A stretch of DNA of 64,000 nt from a virus (Duplodnaviria > Caudoviricetes), in IMG/VR virus record IMGVR_UViG_3300037067_009128, positions 32,001 through 96,000 of that record, one strand, 5' to 3'. Below the pieces are notes generated by a model. It worked only from the letters and a program-made list of their open reading frames with translations. It ran no database searches and was not told the origin of the DNA. The translations under genes were made by a program, and so were the position numbers. This document shows positions 52,546-64,000 of this stretch, one piece after another; position 1 is the first letter of the stretch; each line of letters begins with the position of its first letter.

Positions 52546-55500
52546 AAGGAGTAAAGTAAAAATGATTAATGTATTAAACAATGAAAAGTATCCTTCAAAA
52601 GAAGATATATTAAAAAGTTTACCTGATAAGATTGTTATTAAAACGAAACATCCTATTAACAAGGTAAAAGTTTTGAAATATGAAATTGAAAAAGAAGGAG
52701 ATACACCTTTAAATAGTAATGAATTTGAAACAATAGGGACATTTGAAGGTGAGTTAGAGATTACAGATGATATGAAATCTGCAATTTTAATATTAAATGA
52801 ATCTTTTAATAATGGTCCTTATATAAGTTTCCCTGAAAATGGAGAAAGAACATTCTCAATAAAGTTTAATGAAAAAATAACTGATGATTTTGAGATATCT
52901 CAAGAAGATCTTGATAAATTAATACTTCAAAGATCTGCTTGGGGAGCTTATACATGGATTTATTATTATAAAGACATGATATCAAGAATGAATAGTTATA
53001 ATTTTGATTTAACAAAAAAGGTTAAAAAAAATTCAAAAAGATTTCAATTGTTGTGGTTATTTGTGAATGTTTCTACATCATTTAAAAGAAGTGAATTAGT
53101 ATCAAAATTAGGTAAACCTGGTATAACAGATTTATTATGGAGCTTTGTTGGTGATAAACGAAATGATGGATTCTACAAAGCTCCTTTAATATTAAGAACT
53201 GGTAATGGTTGGTATGAATTAACTGATTATGGAAAATTAGTATACGATAATTCAAATAAATAAAAGGAGTTAAAGTTATATGTCAAGTTATATTAAAAAG
53301 TTGGTTAAAAAACAAACTAATGTAAATAAGTTTGATAGTAATTCAAATACAACAATTAATTATGTAAGAGGTAAACTTATATTAAAGGATTTTTCTGAGC
53401 TTGAATTATTATGTGTTGCAAGTAATTTGGAAAGTAATAAAGTAAAAGATAAAACAAAATTTAAAGTAATCACAGGTTAATAAAAGGAGTAAAGTAAAAA
53501 TGGAAAAGTTATTAAGTTCAGATAAATTAAAAGTAGTTGAAGCTTTATTTGATAATGAAATTCAAATATCAAGTTTCATTTTAGATCAGATTAGTGTTTC
53601 AAGAATTTCAAATTCTGATTCTGGTATAAAAATTGAAGAAGAAAATATTTTATCAATTCTAACAAGAGATTTAGAATCATTATCAAAAGTATTGGAATTT
53701 TTAAATGCTTTAGGTTGGGTAGAACATACATCCGATTGGGATCCTTGGTTAATGATTAATTTTGTTGATGAACAAGAACAGTTTGAGAGTCCTTCAGGTT
53801 ATTTTTTGTTTGATGTTGATAAGATCATCAATACAATTGTTATAGAAGCACCTGATGAAGAAAATCTTGAAGAAGACGATGAAAGAAGATTCTATAAAGA
53901 CGGGAAATATGTAATTCCTATAAATTTAATTAAGTCAATAGATATAATGAGATAAGCTAAAAAAAGGAGTAAAGTAAAATGGAAGATCATAATTTATATC
54001 AAGAGTTAAAAGATTTAATTGCAAAAGAAGTTCCAAAAGAAATTCTTGAAAAAGAAGGGTATGCAATTGAAGATGTTATTAATAGTTTGAAATGTACTCA
54101 AAATGAGTTTTGTCCTAATATGTCACTTATAGAGATATTTCAACAAGAAATTCTTTATTATAAGAATTTTGGAAGATCAGCTTTAGATTCTAATTATTGT
54201 GGGAAATCTATAGCAATTAATAATAAACCTGTTTGGAAACATTATCCTGGAGGTCATTTAGAATGTAATCCTACAGGTAGAACCACTTATAGAGAATTGA
54301 GAGATTTACTTAATCGTATGAGTGATTTTCAATTAGATTGTGATGTTACTATTGAAGACCCATATAATGAACCTTTTAATATAGTAAAAGGGGAATTAAC
54401 AATTTGTGGACCAGAACATAAGTTGGTAGATTTCTATCCTACAATAAGAATATTATATAAGGATTAAACTATGGAACAAATGATATCGTTTAATCTAGGT
54501 AAGAAATTTACCAAAAAAGAAATCAAAGAAATCAATAAAAAGAAAGATAATAATTCAGAAGTTATAACTTTTCAAGGGATTGACAAACAAACTTCTGGAT
54601 ATTATACACCTGTAAAAGATGACTTTGAAAAGGAAGATGAACAAGTTGATTGTAGATTTATTCAATTGTTACAACAATTAGATAATCAGTTGAGTCATAT
54701 AGATAACCCTATGATTGCAGATTTATTAATTCTGACAACCTTGAGAGATTTTGAAGATTCTCAAGCTGAACAAAAAATAAAAGATTATCAATTAATTTTA
54801 GGAGTAAAGTAAAATGATTAATGCAGTAAATGATATAATTGCAATATCAACAAGGATTTATGAAATCTTATTAAATGATTCTGCTGAAGGGTATATTGTA
54901 AGACTTTTTATTCATGATGAAAAGATACCAACTATATATCATTTTGATAATATACAAGAAATTAAATGGAATTGGTTTGGTACAGAAGAACAAATTAAGA
55001 ATCATACAAAACAATGGTTAATAGAACGTGAAGCAGAATTTGAGATTTTTAATTTAACTTCTGATTCATCTGAAGAGAAGTTTGTATTTCCAATGCATTA
55101 TGTTTATGAATTTTTAATAGGAATTAAGTAAAATGATTTTTATTGTAACATCTGTAATTTTAAAAAGTGAAATTTTTTCAAAAGATGTTTATCATCGTTT
55201 TAATTCAAATTCAATAGATGAAGTTGTTGTAAAATTAAAAAGAAAGTATCCAGATTTAATTAATTATTATTATCACATTCAGAGGAATAAAGTAAAATGA
55301 AATTAATTTTTTGTCCCATATGTACTGATATTATTAGATTATCTCATGATAATTCTACAGTTTATTGTGAATGTAAAAAATCATCAGGTAGATATGTTAA
55401 TCAAATTGATGCAATCATTTATGGAGAAGCAATTCCATTAGGTATTTCAAATGAATCTTTTTCAAAAGCTTTAAGGAATAGACCTCAAAATGGATTAGGT

Positions 55501-58397
55501 ATTGAATTTAAAGCATTTGTAATTCCAGTTGAATGTAAATCAATAATTATAGGATAAAGTAAGATGGAAGTAAATGATATTACAAATATGTTAAATTCTT
55601 GTGGATTAAACGTTACAACAATTGATCTTGTAGACAATAATACAAAATGTATGACTTGTCAATGTATGTATATGGTACAAGAGATGGCTTCTAGAATTTG
55701 GACATGCCCAAATTGTGGGAAAACAGGATTTAAACCTTTTGTAGATTTAATTAACAAATATGCTAAAATTGATATGATTACATATGAAGAATCTTGGAAT
55801 TTAGCAAATAATTTATTAATATTTAAACAAGAAGAATGTGAAAGTAAACATAAAATATATTTTGACGAAGACTATTTTTATAATGATTTGTTAGATTTTT
55901 ATAAAAGAAGAAAGTTAAATAAATTTCAAAAAATATTAAGGTTTTTAAGGATTAAACAATGATAATAAAAATATTAGATGAATTTGATGATGTTGTCGTT
56001 GAAGAATTTTATAATAAAGATGATTTTCAAGATTATTTTGACGAACATCCAGAATTGAATGTAGATCAAGTAATTATAAATGGTAGAATATTTTTTGATT
56101 GAGATGAAATTAATAATTATTTAGAGATACAAAATGAAATATAAAAATAGAACACTTGATGTTAATAACATGATTCAAATTTATTTAGATGTACATAAAG
56201 AAAAGATTACTTTATGTGAAGCTGAAAAAATGTTAATTGCAACAAGAACTCTTCCAAAGTTAAATTCTGTTAGAGGTAATGGAGTTCAATTAAGATCTCT
56301 TTGGAATAAAAAAGCATTACTTGGTGCTTATAAGAATGAAAATGGTAATATTATGATTAAAAGAATAGAAGAACGTGAAGAAATGTTATCTATGAAAGAG
56401 GCAGCCAATAGATTATTCTGTACTCCGGGTAATGTTTATATTTTAATTAATAATGGTAGATTACCTATAAGAATAATAGGAAAGAAAACAAAGTATTTAT
56501 ATCAATCTGATATTGATAATTATAATAAAGAATATTCAAAAGGAGTAAAGTAATGAGTGATATTAAAATTAAAAATATTCCAGAAACTGAGTATGAAGTT
56601 GTAGAAACTACAACTGGTCCAGAAAAAGTGGAAGAAAAACCTAAAAAGAAAGTTGGAATTATTGGTAATGGATCAGCAATGCAAGCATTTAGTTTATTAA
56701 TGGGTATGTCAGTTGTAAGTTTATATCCTGATAGTACTTTTTTATTCACTAAAGAAGATCATCCATCAAAAGATAATAGACCTTTAAGAAGAAATGAAAA
56801 GACTTGTCCTGATTGTGGTCAACCGTTTACACCACATGGTCATAATAAATCTGATAGATGTACACCATATTTTAAAGCAAAATTTAAAATATAAAAGGAG
56901 TAAAGTAAAATGGAAAGAAATCAATTACAACAATTAATATGTCAAAAGTTTTTAGGATTGTGGCTTGCATATCCTGAATTAAGATTTAATCAATTAGTTC
57001 TTAGCTTATCTGATTATCCGAATGATACATCTAAAATGTTTTATACAGAAGATGGGTGGTTTAATGATATGTTAACAAATGCTTCTAAGAATGGATTTTA
57101 TAGAACTATTAGTCCAGTTGATATTAAAGACAAACAATTAGAATCCATGCTTGTTGATGGGCTTATGATCGAAGATGTTATTAAAAAGGTTATTGAAATG
57201 AATGGGTTAATTGGAGTAGGATTGGTAAGTTTACAAGAAGAAATTAATAATATCATGACAAGAATTAGACTTGATATGAACAAGAATCATTAAAAGAAGC
57301 AATATATTTGTATTGATTGAAATTAAAATTTTATAATTTAATTAAAAGGCCTAAAATGAGTTTATTAAAAAAAGTTCCTAAGTATCATGCTAAAAAGATT
57401 CAAGAAATTGAGAAACTTACTGATTGTAGGTGTATAGGATATACAGGTGGACAACCTTCAAATGATATTGTACCTGAAGGAATTAATATTTTCTTATTCG
57501 TTTCTAATAAAGATGATGAAGAAATGGTAATTGATGCTAATAAAATTAGAGAAATTATGTGGAAAGGTGAAGATTTACAGTCACATATTATGTTTGGATT
57601 TAATCATAGCAATCCCGATTCATTTTGGATGATTGAAACTTATTATTATTAAAGGAAATTAAAAAAAGAAACTAAAGAGATTAAAAAGAGATAATAATGG
57701 AAACTAAAACAATTAATGCAATAGATTTATCTGTACAACTAGAAAGACTTTATCCTGTTGAATGGAATAAACAAAATGAAAGAGAAGATGATAATATTAT
57801 TCTTCAAGGTAATATTATTATTGATAAAGAATATATTTGTCCTATAGATATCTATTTTAATATAGATGATGGATTTAATTTCTTTGAAGATGCTTTACCT
57901 AAGATAAATCAAAATAGTTTTGTTGTATTTAGAAAGATTGATAATGAGATTAGGATTTACCCTATAGAATGGTTAATGTGTGAAATACCATTTTTTGGAT
58001 TAGCATCTGAAAATGATGATACTACAATCATATTAATACGAGTATACGATATAGATTATGAATTTATAAAAGTTTATTGTGATACAAAATTAATTAAGGA
58101 GTAAAGATTATGGGATCTTTAGTACGTTCTAAAAATTGTGCAAAGATAGTAAGATTATATTATAATGATATTAAAAATATTTATAAAAAAGAAAAAAATT
58201 GGGATATAGATATTTTAGATAAAAATGAATATGTTTATATTGTAATAAAAACAGCTGCTGAAAATTTTGTGTCTATTCCCATAATAGAAGGTGATGATTG
58301 TATAAGAGGAATGTGGATTGATATTAATATAACTGAAGAAAGAATGAAAGAGTTAATTCCTAATCTTTATAAGTATTTAATTAAGGAGTAAACCATG
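52546..58397 (+). repeat. Dispersed repeat (A)GGAGTAAAGTAAAA(A)TG at gene starts
   Basis: Exact GGAGTAAAGTAAAA at 52548, 53486, 53966, 54801, 56897; variants before 53280, 55133, 55297, 55564, 56553, 58110, 58395. Confidence 0.9.
56134..56553 (+). CDS. Excisionase-like (HTH_17) DNA-binding protein
   Basis: MLSMKEAANRLFCTPGNVYILINNGRLP. Confidence 0.75.
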   Translation: MKYKNRTLDVNNMIQIYLDVHKEKITLCEAEKMLIATRTLPKLNSVRGNGVQLRSLWNKKALLGAYKNENGNIMIKRIEEREEMLSMKEAANRLFCTPGNVYILINNGRLPIRIIGKKTKYLYQSDIDNYNKEYSKGVK

Positions 58398-61300
58398 TTA
58401 TTTGTTTGTGAATTTTGTGAAACTATAAATGAAATAGATGATATCCTTAAAATTAAATGTGAAAATTGTGGTCATAAAGATCCTGTTAAATTCACAAGAG
58501 TTTATAGTCAAGATGAATACGATGATAGAGTGTTAAATAAAGAAGATTTACCTAAGATTAAAGAAAAATTAAAAGATATAATACACAATATGCCTGATAA
58601 AAATAGTTTAACAGATTTAATAAATGAATCTGAATCAAATCTAATAGATGTTGTATATATGCTAAAAACATATAGTGGGTTTGAGTATGATAAAGAGCAT
58701 TTATTAAATACATTAAATTCTATTGCGATTGAAGCTAACAAGATTATTAAAATATTAAAGGATTATGTAAATTAATTTAGAATTCTTTCAAGGAATTGAA
58801 GATTATCCTGATTTTGTGCTTATGTGTACTAAATTAATTAATCTTGGAGTAGCTACAAAGGATTTATTAACTGAAGGTGAGACAAGATATTCAATTGCAT
58901 TAATAGAGGATGTTTTAAGATAAACTAATAAAGGAATATAAAGGTTAAAACAATGACTGATGAAGAGAAAATAGAATTTAGAAAAGTCTTTATTAAAGAT
59001 TTACAAAGTATAGCAAATGGTGTTTTTGGTATATGTAAAACTCTTTACACTTCTGATAAAAGAATGATTGTTTTGATGATTTGTATGCGATTTAATATAG
59101 ATTATAATCCTGATGAGAAAATTACAAGAGAAGAATTAATAAAAAAGTATCAAGAGTTGTACATCAAACAAATTGAAAAAAATATCATGGAGTTAGAATG
59201 AATAAACAAGAATGTGATTTATTAACAAATTCTGTATGGGATTGCAGTAATTGTGAAGATTATAAACAATGTCAATATTCTAGAATTGGTTGGCACAATC
59301 TATTACTCCCAATAGTATTTATAGTATGTACAATTATAGTTTTATGGAAGGTATTATGAGTTTATTTCAATGTTCAAAATGTGGTTGTATAGATAACACA
59401 GTTACTTCAAGACATGGATATGAAGGTATATATAGATTAATACCTGAAGATGTATTAAAGTCTTATAGAGAAGTTTTAAAATTAAAACCTGAAGATAATT
59501 TTGGGATTTATTGTTGTGTTTGTAGTCCCATTTGGTTTGATGAAAATGGAAAATATGGTATTGGACCAAAACCAGAAATAGATATTAAATTATATGAGTG
59601 GCATAATATATTCCCTAGAAGATTTTTACCATTAGGAGAATGGATTACTGATGAAGAAACTGGTAACCTCAAACATAAAACAACAGGTGAAAAGAATTAT
59701 TATAAATATATAATTAAAGAGGAATAATCTAATGAATAGTATTATGGTTGATGTAAGATGTTTTCATTATTTAAAAGAAAGAGATATTTTAATATTTCTA
59801 GATGCTAATGATTATAAATATTATAGAGATGATTACGATTTAACAATAATAAACCCAGATGAGTGTTGTGTTGAAGTTTTAACATCATTTGGTTATGAAT
59901 TCAGAATATTATAAAAGGAATAAAACTATGCAATATGATACAAGAAGAATTCAAGATCAAGAAATAGAACCTTTACTTAATAAGATATTTGGTTCTTGGA
60001 TTAAATTTGTTGATGTTACTCAAGATGATGGTGAATGGTATATGAATATTGAAACAATAAAAGGAAAATTAACTTCTAATGCAAGATTAACATCAGAAGG
60101 TAAAGAAGGTGATTTCGTTTCAGTATTTTGGTTTAATTTTTACCCATTAGGTGCTGGTAATATCAGGTTTGATGGGCAGTTATCCAGAAAAGTTCATGAG
60201 TTTTGTAAACCATATGAAGGTTTATATAACGAAGAAGAAATAAGAAATAAACTTATTGACAAGTATAATGAATTGTTAATTAAATATGGTGGTGCAGGAA
60301 AGAATCTAGTTAGTCATTTTGTTAATTTAGATTAAAGGAATTAAATCATGCAATTTATCGTTACTGGAGTTGATACTGGAAGATTCCCTGAAATATTATT
60401 GATAGAAGATTGGTTTATTTATTTCTGTTACAAAGATTTAGTTTATTCTGTTTGTTTTGAATTAAGTCCTGAAGAAATAAATAAAGATAATGCATTAAGT
60501 TATGTTTTGAGAAATAGAGACAACTGGAAAAAAGAAACATGGAATGCAGAGTTAAAACAGATAACAGGTTTAAATGATAATACTCAATTAACGTTAAAAG
60601 ATTGGAAATATATTACAAATCAAGGAAATAACATTTTATGAATGAATTAGAAATGGTTATATTAAAAGATCTGAAAATATTTATTGTTGATTTTTTAAAG
60701 AAAGAATTAAATTTTAATAAAGATGATGTTAGAGAGTTATTTATCAATGGACAATTTAAGGTTGATGTTATTAGTTCAATACAAATGAGTTGGGATTTAG
60801 CACGTTATTCTAAAAAAGAAGTTGATGAGTGTACATATAAACAATGGAATCAAATTAAAAGTAAATTAAGTAATGAAATACGTAAACAGTTATACCCATT
60901 ATTAAGAGAAGGAAAGATTATTACCATTACTTCTGATCTTGGTTCATGGATTGAGTTTACAATATTAGAAAAATTTTAGTTATGAAACCTCATTTAATAT
61001 TTGTTAAAAGAAAAAAACATCCTTTTAATAAGATGGTTTATAAAGATATGAATCTTAAAGTAGGTAAGAATTCTATTTTTCATAGAGGAGAAAATAAAAT
61101 ATTTTGTGGTAATACAATTGCAGAAGTTATTAACAATGCTAATGTTTATTGGATGACTCACAAAAGAACCAGAAAATTGATTAATAAATAAGGAGAAATA
61201 AAATGGCAACAAAATTAAAGTCTTTATTTGAAATAAATAATAAAGCATATTATAATTTAGGTTACGAGGAAGGGCATGGCAGCATGGGGAAAGGATATGC

Positions 61301-61591
61301 TCTTGAATATTATGCCTGTAAAGATGGGTTTATTACACGAGTTGAATTTTTTGACGAAAAGGAACATAACGAGCCTTTTTCAAAAGAAAGACACTTACGT
61401 GATTTACCTAAGTGGGCTAAAGAAAGGATAGACTTAATCCCAAAATAACTGCCGATACAAGAATTGTTAAATTATAAACAAAGACAATATTTAGAAAGTG
61501 AATTAAATAAAAGGATTATAAATGAATGAATTAGAAATAGTTATGTTGTTTTATGTAATATGGGAAATAGCATTGAGTATTTCAGAAGATT

Positions 61592-62750
61592 GATTCTCCC
61601 CTCTCAAAGTCAAATCAACCCTTTTCAATTCCAAATCTGAATTTTTGATTTCTGCAATTACCCATCTACTTTAGTATGTGTTTTTCAAATATTTATTTTT
61701 CCATTCTTTTGATACCCTTTTGCACCTCGATTTCTCAAGATTCCCAAATTCCCCACAATTTATTTAAAACTTCCTTTCTTCATTCTAACAAACGATCCGA
61801 CTCCCAACGAGGGCGCTTAAGGAAAGAATTAATCCTAAGAATAACCGTTTTAATTTAATTTAAATGATAAAAGAATTAAAAATCACTTAACTCTTTGAGA
61901 TTAAAGAAATAAATTATTGAGTATAAAATAAATAAAAGAGTAAAGAACAAAGAAATAAACTTCATCATTTGTTTTATTCTTTACAGTTTTATTCTTTATA
62001 ACATACAGATTAATTCGTTTACATCACTTTGTTCTTTGTTTCTTGAAGGTAAATATAGTTTGAAAGAAATATAAATACCTTTTTCATTCTGGAATTGGGA
62101 AACTCCAGGTAATCCCTCTAGTCGGCGATGTTGGCTCCCTGGGCCATAATATGATTCTCGGCCTACGTCTCCTCGACACAAGCCTCAAGGCTCATCTCCC
62201 TGAGACATAGAAGTACCTCTTTTTACTCATTAGATACTTGAGCTTGAATAGAGATCGAAATTTAATACAAGGGTAAATTTGATTTATTCTTTGAGATCTC
62301 TTCCCTACAGAAGATTAATCTATCCAATCATTGATAACCTCTTCTTTACGGAAGATATACAAATAATATAAAGACAACAAGCTAACTTATGATCTCTATG
62401 ATTCTATATAGACACTACTTGACCTTTCAAGGCCCAAAGTGTATGTTATAGACCTTAGAGAAATCAAAGTCAACTTCTGGCCAATGGGAATGAAAAATAA
62501 AGAACGAAGTGATATGGCCAGGCATTTATGTTTACAGCTTCATGCACGTGGCCACCACTGGGCTCGCAAAGAATGAGGATAATAAGAATGAGGGGGAGGA
62601 CTGCGAACCCACTGGATATTATTGGCCCAAAGGATTGTGTAGATTGGAAGTTGGGTTACAAGTTTCTTGGCAAGTTGGAACGTGGATTGATACAAATATA
62701 AAAACAACTTTCCATCATACTAACTCACCTTTGTTGATTGACAATTGAAT
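61592..62750. other. Long non-coding region, C-rich then GC-richer, with inverted and direct repeats
   Basis: No credible ORF; AAAGAACAAAG IR (61942/62027); GTTTTATTCTTTA x2 (61971, 61986); IR 62555-62615. Confidence 0.7.
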
Positions 62751-62872
62751 TGTTAAATTGCCTTATATCCTTGTATTATATATACAGTTTATATATGCAA
62801 TTGTATATTGAATTGTATAATTAAAATTCTAAATTATTGCTGTAGATAAGTAAAAAGATTATAAAATTTTAC

Positions 62873-62901
62873 TTGCATATGTGGAATAAATTCTTTATAC
62901 T
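62873..62901 (+). promoter_or_regulatory. Sigma70-type early promoter
   Basis: TTGCAT-17-TATACT. Confidence 0.8.
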
Positions 62902-62942
62902 TAAACAAACGATTTATTAAATAATTAAAAGGAGTTAATCTA

Positions 62943-63185
62943 ATGTTTGATAGAATAAAAAAATTGTCATTAAATTGTAAAAATTGGTTAGTAAAACAAT
63001 ATCAAATAGAAGATATTGACTTATTCTACGACCACTTAATTGGTGATAAAAAAGAAAAACCTACTACTTGTAATTATAAATTAAACAAAGCATTAAAAGA
63101 ATTTCAAAATAATTTTAATACATCAGAAATAAAAGAATTCCATATTACTTTTATTTCAATGTTAAAATCAAAACAATTATATTAA
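62943..63185 (+). CDS. Hypothetical early protein
   Basis: AAGGAG SD, behind promoter. Confidence 0.7.
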   Translation: MFDRIKKLSLNCKNWLVKQYQIEDIDLFYDHLIGDKKEKPTTCNYKLNKALKEFQNNFNTSEIKEFHITFISMLKSKQLY

Positions 63186-63299
63186 AAGGAATAAGATTTT
63201 TATTGGACTAATATCCAAGAAAATTTATCATTGAGTATGAAGGAAAGAAATATTTTTCAAAAGAAGTATAATTTATTTTTACTTTTTTTAATATTTTAC

Positions 63300-63328
63300 T
63301 TGCATATATCAAAAAACAATATTATATT
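63300..63328 (+). promoter_or_regulatory. Sigma70-type early promoter
   Basis: TTGCAT-17-TATATT; shares TTTTACTTGCATAT with the 62873 promoter. Confidence 0.8.
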
Positions 63329-63362
63329 TAAGTAGTTCTTATATGTATTTAATTTTAATTCC

Positions 63363-63402
63363 CTGTTGACTTGAGACGTTAAACAGTTTAGTTCTTTGAC
63401 AT
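63363..63402 (+). promoter_or_regulatory. Hairpin plus boxA-like antitermination element
   Basis: CTGTT...AACAG stem followed by AGTTCTTTGACAT. Confidence 0.55.
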
Positions 63403-63531
63403 TATGATGACTAAGTTTCAAAGATATTTAAGAACATATCTTTATTAGTGTATGTTAAGAAGTTATCAACCTATCATAAAAACTTCATATCATTAAAAAT
63501 ATATTTTTAATTTAATTCAAAGGAATAAAAA

Positions 63532-63978
63532 ATGGAAAATGGTAAAATCGATTTTAGTAATGTTTCACGTTCTAATGGTTCAGTTTTACAATTGGAATTG
63601 AACGATGAAAAGAAACTTGTTTCTTTAGGCTTAATTGGAAAGCCTTTAACAATGTCTGACTTGAAACAAGTAAAGGCTTATAACGATATTACAGGCAAAA
63701 TCACAAGGAATGCCTATCGTAAACAGATTTCTACTTTAATCGGAAATGAGGTATTAACCTTAAAACAGATTAGGGAAAGATTTAATGTTGTTACCTGTTT
63801 TGGTAACTTAAAATCCCTTGATTGCTTAGGTGCTTATAGCCAAAAAGAAAGCAATGGTAAAATTTCTGATAAGTACTTTATCATATTTCTGCCAAAAGAA
63901 TCAGGGAAAGTAAAAGCAGAACCAAAGGCAAAAAAGAAGGAAAATGAAGTAAAGGAAAATGAGCCTGTTATTGAATAG
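63532..63978 (+). CDS. Hypothetical early protein with charged tail
   Basis: ORF track, AAGGA SD. Confidence 0.75.
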   Translation: MENGKIDFSNVSRSNGSVLQLELNDEKKLVSLGLIGKPLTMSDLKQVKAYNDITGKITRNAYRKQISTLIGNEVLTLKQIRERFNVVTCFGNLKSLDCLGAYSQKESNGKISDKYFIIFLPKESGKVKAEPKAKKKENEVKENEPVIE

Positions 63979-64000
63979 GTAAGATTATGAGAATTTTGTT

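Larger units (their letters stand above)
52005..61448 (+). other. Early/host-takeover gene block (about 25 small ORFs, several Zn-finger-like)
   Basis: Downstream of sigma70 promoter, shared RBS motif, no recognisable core genes. Confidence 0.7.

Noticed and set aside
52546-58397. CRISPR-like or attC-like reading of the repeated motif
   Set aside because: Repeats are 14-19 bp, not palindromic, and separated by whole genes; no cas or integrase in the window.
2176-61248. Many short opposite-strand or out-of-frame ORFs in the track (e.g. 5715, 10431, 16499, 24275, 32975, 48155, 57098)
   Set aside because: They overlap well-supported genes, lack SD sequences and have antisense-type composition.
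61676-62748. ORFs 61676-61858, 61996-62181 and 62509-62748
   Set aside because: No SD, codon use unlike the phage genes, and they lie in the repeat-rich non-coding region.
1-64000. Stop-codon reassignment
   Set aside because: Core genes are full length in the standard code and coding density is high.

Overview
This is a 64 kb, very AT-rich segment of a large lytic dsDNA phage. I saw no virion, tRNA or CRISPR genes. Two arms diverge at about 31.6 kb. The left (minus) arm carries replication and recombination genes: RecA, a probable SSB, PolA with an N-terminal UDG-like domain, DnaG, an SF2 helicase, a sigma-like factor, DnaB with a mini-intein, and a flap nuclease. These are interleaved with a 7 kb glycosyltransferase/methyltransferase/kinase cluster and a pyrimidine-modification set (dCMP deaminase, two atypical C5-MTase-like proteins, a dNMP kinase, an Asp-type thymidylate-synthase homologue, ThyX, a dimeric dUTPase/dCTPase). 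The right (plus) arm carries ligase, a radical SAM protein, histone-like proteins, a second Asp-type TS homologue and many small genes. It ends in a sigma70-driven early block (52.0-61.4 kb), a GC-richer non-coding region and further early promoters. Four signals stand out. (1) An ORF-less promoter-to-terminator unit at about 43550-43634 whose core is the reverse complement of an RBS/start motif repeated before the early genes, a candidate phage sRNA for collective early-gene shut-off. (2) A probable novel cytosine-modification pathway. (3) A 13-bp GC-rich motif bracketing the early block, possibly marking a long terminal repeat. (4) A recurring GA-N5-TAWWTTTG promoter motif. All assignments come from reading motifs by eye; no searches were run.
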